64,000 bases of DNA from the NCBI GenBank assembly GCA_002279825.1, contig NCCV01000006.1, forward strand, positions 63,758-127,757, read 5' to 3'. The position numbers were made by a program, and so were the translations under genes. A model generated the notes under the pieces. It was not told where the DNA came from, did not search any database, and was given only the letters and a program-made list of their open reading frames with translations. Within the stretch, counting starts at the first letter, position 1. The number at the start of each line of letters is the position of its first letter. Of this stretch, positions 26,852 through 35,774 are shown in pieces. Source of the stretch: Sphingomonadales bacterium 12-68-11 (GTDB lineage Bacteria; Pseudomonadota; Alphaproteobacteria; Sphingomonadales; Sphingomonadaceae).

Positions 26852-29800
26852 ATGAGCTTGCGTAAGTCCGACGACCTGTTCCGTGCCCTGCTGCTGGCGG
26901 GTACCGCCTGCGGCGTTATGATTGCCGCGCCCGCACAGGCGCAGGATCGCGCCACCGACGAGGAGGCGGCTGAAGGCGAACAGCCCGCGGCGAGCGGGTC
27001 GTCCGCCCCGAACAGTATCGTGGTCACCGGCTCGCGCATTGCGCGGCGCGATTACACCGCGACCAGCCCGATCGTGACGGTCGATTCCGAACTGCTCGAG
27101 CAAAGCTCTGCGGTGAACATCGAGGCGAATCTCAACAAGCTGCCGCAGTTCGCGCCGGCGCTGACCCAGTTCGACACCCAGGGGCTCCAGCCCAACGCCA
27201 ACGTCACGATCGGCATTTCCACGGTCAGCCTTCGCCAGCTCGGCTCGAACCGCAATCTTGTGCTGGTCGATGGGCGCCGGCCGACGCCGATCAACGGGTC
27301 GGGCGTGGTCGATATCAACACCATTCCGTCCGCCGCGGTGGCGCGCACCGAGATCATCTCGGGCGGCGCATCCTCCACTTACGGCGCGGATGCGGTCGGC
27401 GGCGTGGTCAACTTCATCCTCAAGAAGGACTTCGAAGGCCTCAGCATCGATGGGCAGTACTCGGTCAACGAGCGCGGCGACGGCGCGCAGTACCGCATCT
27501 CATCGTTGCTCGGCGCCTCGCTCGACAACGGCCGCGGCAACGTCATGATGGGTATGGAGTTCTACAAGCGCGATTCCGTCCGCTCGCTCGACCGGCCGTG
27601 GAACCGCGAATTGGCGATGAGCCCGACGGTCGCCGGCACCGAGTTCTTTCTGAACAACAACTTCATCACCTTCCCGGCGGCGGGGCGTCCGACCCAGGCG
27701 GCGCTGAACACCCTGTTCCGCGCCAAAGGCGTACCGGCGACCGTCGGCACCACCGCGCTTAACGTGCCGCTGACCTCGAATATCTATCTCAACGGCGACA
27801 ACACGCTGTTCCTGAACCAGTCGACTTCGGTCGGCGGCCAGTTCACGCCGCTGTTCTACGGCTACAACAGCTCGTCCCCCGACATCGACGGGCTCGACGT
27901 CAAGATGCTCGCCACCGGACTGATCGCCAGCAACATCGAGGAGCTCCTGCTGTCCTCGCCGCAGGATCGCTATTCGTTCTTCTCGCGCGGCGAGTACGCG
28001 CTGAACGACACCATCACCGCCTTCGGCCAGGTGTCGTACGCCTCGACCGAGACCGTTTCCCTGTCGCTCAACACCGTGGCGATCGGCCAGGCGGGGACCT
28101 CAATCCCGTATGACGACGCGATCTACACGGGCAATCCGGTGACGGGCCGTCCATCGTCGCTGGGCTCGGTGATCGGCGGGGTGCAGTACACCAACCGCGA
28201 CTTCCTCGCGCTCGGGGTGGCCTCGCCGGGGGGCGTGGGCACGGGGCGTTTCGGTCTCAATTGCCCGGTCACCGGCGGCTGCACCAATCGGCAAGTGTTC
28301 CCGATCCCGGCGGAACTGCAGACGCTGCTGAACAGCCGCACCGGCGCCGCGGCGACGCAGCCGTTCTACGTCAACCTCATCCCGGGCGACCTGGTCCGCC
28401 GCACGACCGAGAACCACAACCAGACCTTCCAGATGCTGTTCGGCCTCGAAGGCGAAATCCCCGGCACGGATCTGACCTGGGAAGTGTTCGGCTCGCACGG
28501 CGAAACCACCGCGCGCACCGAGCTCTACGGCTACCTGTCTTACGATCGCCTGCGCGAAGTGCTGCTGTCGCCCAACTACGGCGTCAACTCGAGTTTCGTC
28601 GGCAACGGCACCCCGCTGGGCGCCAATCGCAACGCGGCGCGGGCGTCCTGCACCAGCGGCCTCAGCCCGTTCATCGCGCAGGATAGCTACACCGACGATT
28701 GCGGCCTGGCGGTGGCGGTCGACGGTACCGTCGAAAACCGGCTCAAGCAGGACAACCTGCAGGCCAACCTCCAGGGCGGGCTGTTCGATCTGCCTTACGG
28801 CCAGGTCCGTTTCGCGGCCGGCGCGGAATATCGCCGCAACTCGCTCGACTTCCACGCCGACGCGGCGCTGACCGATGGCTCGGCGTTCTACGAGACCGTC
28901 AACGGCGGCTTCCCGCAGGCCAGCACCGCCGGCGTCACGGCGGTCCGCGAGGCCTATGGCGAACTGCTGATCCCGATCCTCTCGGGCCTGCCCTTCGCCG
29001 ACGCGCTGAACCTCGAGGTCGGCTACCGCGCCTCCGACTACGATTCGGTCGGGCTGGTTCACACTTACAAGATCAACGGCGAATACGCGCCGTTCGAATG
29101 GCTCCGCTTCCGCGGCGGCTACCAGAGCGCGAGCCGGGCGCCCAACCTGGGCGAACTGTTCACCGCCCGGACCACGACCCAGGGCGCGGTCACCGACGGC
29201 GATCCGTGCAGCCGCGGCAACGTGACCAACCCGGTGTTCTTCGGCAACTATTCGGCCAACCCCATCGGGCAGACCAGCGATCTGACGCCCAACCCGGCGG
29301 ATACGGTCGGCAACGCCAACGCTGCGCAAGTGGAAGGCATCTGCCGCGCGCTGATGGGAGCGGACGGAGCCGCGACCTTCTACCAGGCCGGCCGCGTCTA
29401 CCCGACCAATACCGGCGACTTCTTCCGCGCGGTATCGACCGGCGCGAACGCACTCGAAGAAGAACAGGCGAAGACCTACACGATCGGGGCGGTGATCAAT
29501 TCGCCGTTCGACAACCCGTGGCTCAGCAGCCTGCGGATGAGCGTGGACTACTACAATGTCGTGCTTTCGGGCGGCATTTCGCTCGAAAGCGTCAACGCGG
29601 TGTTCCGCAAGTGCTTCACGCCCGCCTTCAACCCGGGCTTCGATGCCACGACCGATGCCTGCCAGCGCGTCGTCCGCGATCCTCAGACCGGCGAGGTCAT
29701 CAACGTGCTCGTGACGTACGGCAACGCCGGCCGCGTCGAGACCGCGGGCGTCGACGTCCAGCTCGACTGGGGCGTGCGGTTCGAAGACGTCAACCTACCG

Positions 29801-30295
29801 ATCCCCGGCCGGTTCTCGACCAACGTGCAGTTCACGTATCTCGACCGCTTCGCCACCACGGCGGACGAAGTCGCGGTGCCGATTATCGACTATGCCGGCA
29901 CTACCGGCGGGGGCGAAGTCGGCACGCAGGCGGGCTCGTACCGGTGGAAGCTGTTCACGCGCTTCAACTACTCTGTCGGCCCGGCCACGATCGGCCTGCA
30001 GTGGCGTCACCTGCCGGCGATCGATCACGTCACCGCGGTCACCCGCGCGGGCGGTACCTCGATCACCGGCGCGCCGGCTTACGACCTGTTCAACCTGACC
30101 GGGTCCTACCGCGCGATGGAAGGCGTCAGTATCCGGCTCGGCATCGACAACCTGTTCGACCGGGCCCCGCCGCTCATCGCCGTCGATACCTCGGCTGTCC
30201 CGGCCAACGGGCAGCTTCCCGGCGGCCGCTACGACGCCGGCAACTACGACGTGCTGGGCCGCCGCTTCTTCATCGGCGCCAGTTTCGAATTCTAA
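26852..30295 (+). CDS. TonB-dependent receptor (large, ~1147 aa)
   Basis: Signal peptide ending AQAQ, plug region (IVVTGSRIARRD...VDGRR...ISGGASSTYGADAVGGVVNFILK), terminal aromatic F. Confidence 0.92.
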   Translation: MSLRKSDDLFRALLLAGTACGVMIAAPAQAQDRATDEEAAEGEQPAASGSSAPNSIVVTGSRIARRDYTATSPIVTVDSELLEQSSAVNIEANLNKLPQFAPALTQFDTQGLQPNANVTIGISTVSLRQLGSNRNLVLVDGRRPTPINGSGVVDINTIPSAAVARTEIISGGASSTYGADAVGGVVNFILKKDFEGLSIDGQYSVNERGDGAQYRISSLLGASLDNGRGNVMMGMEFYKRDSVRSLDRPWNRELAMSPTVAGTEFFLNNNFITFPAAGRPTQAALNTLFRAKGVPATVGTTALNVPLTSNIYLNGDNTLFLNQSTSVGGQFTPLFYGYNSSSPDIDGLDVKMLATGLIASNIEELLLSSPQDRYSFFSRGEYALNDTITAFGQVSYASTETVSLSLNTVAIGQAGTSIPYDDAIYTGNPVTGRPSSLGSVIGGVQYTNRDFLALGVASPGGVGTGRFGLNCPVTGGCTNRQVFPIPAELQTLLNSRTGAAATQPFYVNLIPGDLVRRTTENHNQTFQMLFGLEGEIPGTDLTWEVFGSHGETTARTELYGYLSYDRLREVLLSPNYGVNSSFVGNGTPLGANRNAARASCTSGLSPFIAQDSYTDDCGLAVAVDGTVENRLKQDNLQANLQGGLFDLPYGQVRFAAGAEYRRNSLDFHADAALTDGSAFYETVNGGFPQASTAGVTAVREAYGELLIPILSGLPFADALNLEVGYRASDYDSVGLVHTYKINGEYAPFEWLRFRGGYQSASRAPNLGELFTARTTTQGAVTDGDPCSRGNVTNPVFFGNYSANPIGQTSDLTPNPADTVGNANAAQVEGICRALMGADGAATFYQAGRVYPTNTGDFFRAVSTGANALEEEQAKTYTIGAVINSPFDNPWLSSLRMSVDYYNVVLSGGISLESVNAVFRKCFTPAFNPGFDATTDACQRVVRDPQTGEVINVLVTYGNAGRVETAGVDVQLDWGVRFEDVNLPIPGRFSTNVQFTYLDRFATTADEVAVPIIDYAGTTGGGEVGTQAGSYRWKLFTRFNYSVGPATIGLQWRHLPAIDHVTAVTRAGGTSITGAPAYDLFNLTGSYRAMEGVSIRLGIDNLFDRAPPLIAVDTSAVPANGQLPGGRYDAGNYDVLGRRFFIGASFEF

Positions 30296-30336
30296 GGCTG
30301 CGGGGCCGGGCGCGCAGGCGGCCGGCCCAACAGCAC

Positions 30337-30396
30337 GGTGGCGGCTCCACGGGCTCCCTTCACAACTGTTCGCTATGCCGCCACCGTGCCTTTTTT
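30337..30396 (+). terminator. terminator-like long hairpin plus T6 run after the large TBDR
   Basis: GGTGGCGG(30337-30344) pairs with CCGCCACC(30378-30385), then GTGCC TTTTTT(30391-30396). The large loop makes the call tentative. Confidence 0.35.
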
Positions 30397-30399
30397 GAG

Positions 30400-30948
30400 A
30401 TGATGAGACCGCCTATGCGCTTGCGATACGTCCTGGTCCTCGCGCCGTTCGCGCTCCCGGCGGCCGCTATGGCGCAATCGGCGGCCGACGATGCAGCAGC
30501 CATGCGGGCCCTGCGCGACTGCACCCGGATCGCAGACGTCCCCTCGCGGGTCGCCTGCTACGACGCGGCGATGGGAGCGAGCCCGCCTGTCGCTGCCAGA
30601 GCGCTACCAGCCCCACCGCTCGGTACGCCGGGCGCCCCGAGCACCGCCCGAGTGGCGCCCACGCCGCAGCGGGGCTTCGGGGCCGACGCGCTGCCTCAGA
30701 CAGCCAGCGCGCGGGAAGCGCTGCCGCAACGCGAGCAATTGCGTATTACCGCGATGCGCGAACTGCGCCCGCGCACCTTTGCCCTCACGCTGGCCGACGG
30801 CGGCCAATGGGAGTTCACCGACGAAGCCCCGCTCGCTTACGATCCGCCGCGCGTGGGCGCCGCGGTCGAGCTGCGGCGCGGCGCGCTCGGCAGCTTCATG
30901 CTCGAATACGCCGGCCAGCCCTCGATCCGCGTCAAGCGAGTCCGCTGA
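30400..30948 (+). CDS. hypothetical periplasmic protein
   Basis: In-frame tail of ORF 28699..30948. MMRPPMRLRYVLVLAPFALPAAAMAQS signal peptide, then an RVACYD-type motif. Alternative start at ATG 30415. Confidence 0.6.
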   Translation: MMRPPMRLRYVLVLAPFALPAAAMAQSAADDAAAMRALRDCTRIADVPSRVACYDAAMGASPPVAARALPAPPLGTPGAPSTARVAPTPQRGFGADALPQTASAREALPQREQLRITAMRELRPRTFALTLADGGQWEFTDEAPLAYDPPRVGAAVELRRGALGSFMLEYAGQPSIRVKRVR

Positions 30949-30994
30949 CGCGCTACGTCCCGCTCGCGAAGAGTGTTGCGGGGTGGATTCATGC

Positions 30995-31069
30995 TGGCTG
31001 GGGCGGCAGGATTCGAACCTGCGCATGCCGGTACCAAAAACCGGTGCCTTACCGCTTGGCGACGCCCCA
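30995..31069 (-). tRNA. tRNA-Gln (anticodon UUG)
   Basis: Hand-folded cloverleaf. Acceptor TGGGGCG/CGCCCCA, 3-bp D stem GCC/GGC, anticodon stem CCGGT/ACCGG with loop TTTTGGT, T arm GCAGG-TTCGAAT-CCTGC, encoded CCA. 75 nt. Confidence 0.9.
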
Positions 31070-31134
31070 GCAGGCCCGCATCCGCGGGCGAAGGCGGCCA
31101 TATAGCCGAGCTTCGGACGAAGGGAAGGGCGCGT

Positions 31135-31365
31135 CTAGCCGAACCACCGTTTCAGCCAGCCGCCGCCCCGCGGCGCGCTCTGGCCCGACAGCGACAACAG
31201 GTAGCTGCCGAGCACGGCGGCCTGGCTCTTGGTCATCAGCACGCGAAACACGTCGGGCTCGGGCTGCTCGGCGGCGTCCGCGCTGCGCACGCTTTCGAGC
31301 CTGACCAGCGCCTGATGGCCCAGATCGACGTGGGTCCAGCCCACCAGGGCGCCGTGATGATCCAT
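31135..31365 (-). CDS. small hypothetical protein (76 aa)
   Basis: MDHHGALVGWTHVDLGHQALVRLESV... Third-position G+C is high, like neighbouring genes. Lies 44 nt downstream of yghU on the same strand. Confidence 0.55.
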   Translation of the reverse strand: MDHHGALVGWTHVDLGHQALVRLESVRSADAAEQPEPDVFRVLMTKSQAAVLGSYLLSLSGQSAPRGGGWLKRWFG

Positions 31366-31408
31366 GCTTGCCTCCGCCGAGGGGCCGCGGCCGGGGCGGC
31401 GCGGGCCG

Positions 31409-32275
31409 TTAGAAGTCTGCCCGCTTGCGTACCGGATCGAACAGGGCGCGGTCCAGCGTATCGAAATCCGCCGCTGCATGGCGTTCGGCGAGCCCGTTCT
31501 GGGTATTGACCAGGCGGCCGCGGATCACGCCGGCGCGCGCGTCGATCGCCTTCACCCAACGGCCGACGTTCTCGTACTCGGCCAGGCTGAGGAACACGTC
31601 TGCGCCGTTGTAGGCGCCGTGATACAGGTTACCGAGCCAGGTATAGGCGGCGATGTCGGCGATCGAGTAGTCGCCCGCCAGGTATTCGGTCTGGCCGAGC
31701 TGCATGTCGGCGACCGCGAACAGCCGCTTGGTCTCCATCGCGTAGCGGTCGATCGGGTACTTGTAGCGCTCGGGCGCATAGACGTAGAAATGCCCGAACC
31801 CGCCGCCGATGAACGGCGCGCTGCCCATCTGCCACATCAGCCAGGACAGCGTCTCGGCGCGCGCCGGGTTGGCCTTGGGCAGCAGGAAATCGAACTTCTC
31901 GGCCAGGTGGACCAGGATCGCACCGCTTTCGAACACCCGGAACGGCGCGGGCCCGCTGCGATCGAGCAGCGCGGGGATCTTGCTGTTGGGGTTGAGCTCG
32001 ACGAACCCCGAGCCGAACTGGTCGCCGGCGAAAATCTTGATCTGCCAGGCGTCGTATTCGGCTTCGGTGAAGCCCGCCGCGAGCAGTTCCTCGAACAGGA
32101 TGGTCACCTTCTGGCCGTTGGGTGTGCCGAGCGAATAGAGCTGGAACGGATGCTCGCCGACCGGCAGCTCGCGCTCTTCGCGCGCGCCCGCGGTCGGGCG
32201 GTTGACGCCGGCGAACCGGCCACCGTTGGCCGGATCGTAGTCCCAGACTTTGGGCGGGGTATAGACGTCGGACAT
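31409..32275 (-). CDS. yghU: glutathione S-transferase, Nu class (YghU-like)
   Basis: 288 aa from MSDVYTPPKVWDYDPANGGRFAGVNRPTAGAR...HPFQLYSLGTPNGQKV. Length and N-terminus are typical of YghU. Start re-picked inside ORF 31409..32464. Confidence 0.85.
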   Translation of the reverse strand: MSDVYTPPKVWDYDPANGGRFAGVNRPTAGAREERELPVGEHPFQLYSLGTPNGQKVTILFEELLAAGFTEAEYDAWQIKIFAGDQFGSGFVELNPNSKIPALLDRSGPAPFRVFESGAILVHLAEKFDFLLPKANPARAETLSWLMWQMGSAPFIGGGFGHFYVYAPERYKYPIDRYAMETKRLFAVADMQLGQTEYLAGDYSIADIAAYTWLGNLYHGAYNGADVFLSLAEYENVGRWVKAIDARAGVIRGRLVNTQNGLAERHAAADFDTLDRALFDPVRKRADF

Positions 32276-32484
32276 GGGCGCGTGCTCCGGCAGATGGGTT
32301 TCACGGCAAAATGGGCGAGCGTGGCGCCGCGGGCAAGCGCGCCGATTGCTTGGGGCCGGCCAAGCCAGGCTTTGTTTGCGGTCGACTCCGCCCCGGGCCC
32401 GTGGAACGCTCCGCGCCGGGATCGCTGCGCGGCCGAATCGGCAGACCCATAGGTCTGCGGCCACGCGGCACGAGGGGATGGTTG

Positions 32485-33492
32485 ATGACGACGCGCGCCA
32501 TCGGGCAGCATTTCGACACCGCGGATGATGCGTTCAATTGGGCCAACGGCAACGCCATCGGCCTCATTCTCATCAGGCTGGCCAACGAAAGCGGCATAGT
32601 CGCCCGCCTGCTGAGCGGGCCGGCCAGCGTGGCCGAACTCGCACGCGCCAGCGGTCTACCGACCGACAAGCTGGGGCGGATCGTGGACTTTCTGGTCGCG
32701 CACGAACTGGTCGAAGCGGGTGAAGGAGGGCTGCTCCAAGCCACCCCGCGTACCGCCATGATGCACGAGGCGGCAAGCTATATCCGCACGCTCGACTTGA
32801 CCTTTCCGATGGGGCTGGAAATGCTCCCCGCGCTGCGATCGGGCAAGACGCCGTTCGAGGCGGCCCACGGACAGCCGGTCTTCTCCTATTTCGCCAGTCA
32901 CCCCGAACAGGCCGCCAATTTCGGCCGGTTCATGGGCTGGATGACGCGGCGGATCGAACGGTTCATCTTCGCCGAGCATCCGTTCCACCCTTTCGGCACG
33001 GTGGCCGATATCGGCGGCAGCGGGGGCGATCTGCTGCTGGCCGTGCTGGGGCACTATCCGGGGACGCGCGGCGTGCTTTTCGACCTTCCCGAGGTGGCCG
33101 AACGGGCGCGCCCCGCCATCGCCGCCTCGCCGCTCGCGGACCGGGTGGAGATCGTCGGCGGCAGCTTCTTCGACGCGGTTCCGGCGGCCGACCTCTACCT
33201 GCTCAAGCAGATCCTGCACGATTGGCACGATGACGAATGCCGCCGGATCCTCGGCCGCATCCGCGCGGTGATCGCGCCCGAGGGCCGCGTGGCGGTGATC
33301 GACCATTTGCTGTCCGACGTGCCCGCGCCGAACGAAAGCCTGTCCACCGACATCGCGATGATGCTGTGGGACACCGGGCGCGAGCGCAAGCGGCACGAGA
33401 TGGAAGCGCTGCTGGTCTCGAGCGGCTTCCGCGTCGACCGGGTGACGGCCAATCCCGCCGGGCACAGCGTGGTCGAGGCGGTACCGGTTTAG
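32485..33492 (+). CDS. class I SAM-dependent O-methyltransferase (dimerisation wHTH + Methyltransf_2 type)
   Basis: 335 aa. SAM motif VADIGGSGGDLL and LLKQILHDWHDDEC, typical of the plant/bacterial small-molecule OMT family. ATG 32485 is preceded by GAGGGG. Confidence 0.8.
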   Translation: MTTRAIGQHFDTADDAFNWANGNAIGLILIRLANESGIVARLLSGPASVAELARASGLPTDKLGRIVDFLVAHELVEAGEGGLLQATPRTAMMHEAASYIRTLDLTFPMGLEMLPALRSGKTPFEAAHGQPVFSYFASHPEQAANFGRFMGWMTRRIERFIFAEHPFHPFGTVADIGGSGGDLLLAVLGHYPGTRGVLFDLPEVAERARPAIAASPLADRVEIVGGSFFDAVPAADLYLLKQILHDWHDDECRRILGRIRAVIAPEGRVAVIDHLLSDVPAPNESLSTDIAMMLWDTGRERKRHEMEALLVSSGFRVDRVTANPAGHSVVEAVPV

Positions 33493-33536
33493 CCCGCCCG
33501 GAACCGCACCCCGGCCCGATCCGTTGAGCGCGCCGA

Positions 33537-34550
33537 ATGGCCACGCTCCCGTCCTCGCTCGAATATGTCGATGACCGCGGGCCCGGGATAACCCGCAAGA
33601 AGGCCGGCCACGGCTGGGCCTATTTCGATCCCTCGGGAAAGCGCATCGCCGACCGCGACGAGATCGACCGGCTCAACAAAGTCGCGCTGCCCCCCGCCTA
33701 CACCGATGCCTGGTTCTGCCCGAAGGATTGCGGCCACTTGCTTGCCACCGGAATCGATGCGCGCGGGCGCAAGCAGTACCGCTACAATCCGCAGTTCCGG
33801 GTCCGTCAGGAAGCCGAGAAGTTCGACGGCTGCGTCTCGTTCGGGCGCCTGCTCCCTAAAGTCCGCAAGCAGGTCGCAAGGGACCTGGCCCAGCGCACGC
33901 TCAGCCGTGAACGGGTCGTGGCCAGCGTGCTGCGGCTGCTCGATCTCGGCGCGATCCGCGTCGGCAACGAGAGCTACGCGAAAGCCAACAAGAGCTTCGG
34001 CGCCACCACCCTGCGCCGCCGCCACGCAGTGGTGAAAGGCGACACCGTCCGCCTGCGCTTCAAGGCCAAGAGCGGCGTCCAGCGCGAGGCGAAGATCGGC
34101 GACGCCCAGCTCGCCCGTCTGGTCCGCAAGCTGCAGGACCTGCCTGGGCAGAACCTGTTCCAATATCTGGGCGCGGACGGCGACGCGCACCCGGTCGGCT
34201 CGTCCGATGTCAACGCCTATCTCGAAGATGCGATGGGCGCGCATTTCACCGCCAAGAGCTTCCGCACCTGGCACGCGAGCGTTCTCGCGCTCAAGCTGCT
34301 CGCCGAGGCCGAGCGCCCCCTGACGCTGAAGGAGCTGACCAGCGAAGTCGGCGCGCATCTCGGCAACACTCCGGCGATGGCGCGCAAGAGCTACATCCAC
34401 CCGGCGGTGATCGCGCTGGTAGACCGCCAGCAAAAATGGCGCGCCCGCCTCAAGCTCCCGCGCGAGGGAAAGTGGCTGAACCGCTACGAACGCGCTCTGC
34501 TCGCGCTGCTCGAGAAGGGCCCCAGGGCAAAGACGCTGCTGGCCGCTTGA
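33537..34550 (+). CDS. DNA topoisomerase IB (poxvirus/eukaryote-like type IB)
   Basis: 337 aa. The Arg/Lys/His/Tyr active-site context (TLRRRH..., FTAKSFRTWHAS, ARKSYIHPAV with catalytic Tyr) matches bacterial TopIB. Confidence 0.85.
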   Translation: MATLPSSLEYVDDRGPGITRKKAGHGWAYFDPSGKRIADRDEIDRLNKVALPPAYTDAWFCPKDCGHLLATGIDARGRKQYRYNPQFRVRQEAEKFDGCVSFGRLLPKVRKQVARDLAQRTLSRERVVASVLRLLDLGAIRVGNESYAKANKSFGATTLRRRHAVVKGDTVRLRFKAKSGVQREAKIGDAQLARLVRKLQDLPGQNLFQYLGADGDAHPVGSSDVNAYLEDAMGAHFTAKSFRTWHASVLALKLLAEAERPLTLKELTSEVGAHLGNTPAMARKSYIHPAVIALVDRQQKWRARLKLPREGKWLNRYERALLALLEKGPRAKTLLAA

Positions 34551-34594
34551 TCCGTCGGCTACTCCGACCGATAACGGGCGCGGGGAGAAGGGCT

Positions 34595-35725
34595 TTGAAA
34601 CGACAGATCCTCTGCGCCGCTGCATGGGTGCTGGCAGCGCCGGCGTGGGCGGGCGAGCGCGAGTACCAGGCCCTATCGGCGGACGGGACCGCGATCCACG
34701 GCGCCGTGGCGACGCCAGACGAAGGCTGGAACGGCACCGCGGTCATCATGGTCGCTGGAACGGGGCTGTTCGACCGCGACGTCGCGTTCGGGCGCTCGGG
34801 CTCGCCGCGCGACCGCCTGTTCCGCGACCTAGCCGATCGCTTCGTCGCGCGCGGGCTCGGCGCGGTTCGCTACGACCGCCGGGGCGTGCGGCACGGCGCG
34901 ACGACGCCCGCTGAGCAGCTCGATACGCAGATCTCGGGAAGCTCGACCGTCGAGACGCAGCGCGACGATCTCGCCGCGGTCCGCGCCTGGGCTGAAAGCC
35001 CCGCGGGCCTCGGCGCGCGGTGCGTGATCCTGTTCGGGCATTCCGAGGGCATCTTGCACATCGCGCGGCTGGCCGCGTCCGGGGCACCGGCTCCGCTGAT
35101 GGTCATGGGGGTAGGGGCGCCGATGCGCTCGCCCACCGAGATCGTCCGCTGGCAATCGACCGGGCGCGATGCCTATTCGCTCGAGCTGATGGACGCCGAC
35201 GGCGACGGCGTGACCACCAATGCGGAAGTGGAGGCGAACTGGCGGCAGACGCCGTCCTCGGCGTTCGACAACCTCGCGCCGCTGCTCCGTCCGGCCGGCC
35301 GCTGGACCGCCGCGGACATCGCGCAAGTGCGGACCGTCCAGGCGCAGCGCTACGAGCAGGCGCGTGCGGCGGCGCTCGCGCTCGACGATGCCGCGCCCTA
35401 TCCCAATGCCGCCACCCCGATGGCCCGGGCAAGCTGGTGGAAGAGCTGGTTCACCGACGAAACGCCCGCCGCCGCTTCGCTGGCCACATGGGACGTGCCG
35501 TTCGAACTGCACTGGGGCGCGCTCGATTCGCAGACCCCGCCTGCTCTCGAAGCACCGCAGGCGCTCGCGGCGCTGGGGGCGAAGGCCCGGGTCACCATCC
35601 ACCCGCGGCGCGGTCACTCGCTCGGCGAGCATGCGCTCTACGGACCGATGGACGAGGCCCTTGCCGACCGGCTGGCCGATGAAGCGGCCGCCGCTGCCAC
35701 CGCCTGCGGGTCCAACGCCTTGTGA
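34595..35725 (+). CDS. secreted alpha/beta hydrolase
   Basis: TTG 34595 preceded by GGGGAGAAGG. Signal peptide KRQILCAAAWVLAAPAWA. Nucleophile elbow GHSEG. Confidence 0.7.
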   Translation: MKRQILCAAAWVLAAPAWAGEREYQALSADGTAIHGAVATPDEGWNGTAVIMVAGTGLFDRDVAFGRSGSPRDRLFRDLADRFVARGLGAVRYDRRGVRHGATTPAEQLDTQISGSSTVETQRDDLAAVRAWAESPAGLGARCVILFGHSEGILHIARLAASGAPAPLMVMGVGAPMRSPTEIVRWQSTGRDAYSLELMDADGDGVTTNAEVEANWRQTPSSAFDNLAPLLRPAGRWTAADIAQVRTVQAQRYEQARAAALALDDAAPYPNAATPMARASWWKSWFTDETPAAASLATWDVPFELHWGALDSQTPPALEAPQALAALGAKARVTIHPRRGHSLGEHALYGPMDEALADRLADEAAAAATACGSNAL

Positions 35726-35774
35726 AGCGTCGGCGCGGCGTTATGCCCCTCGCGAGAACGGGAGGGGGCAGCGT

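Noticed and set aside
30949-31134. tRNA-Gln as an integration site for a genomic island.
   Set aside because: There is no integrase, no direct repeat of the tRNA 3' end, and no compositional break on either side. The neighbours look like ordinary chromosomal genes.
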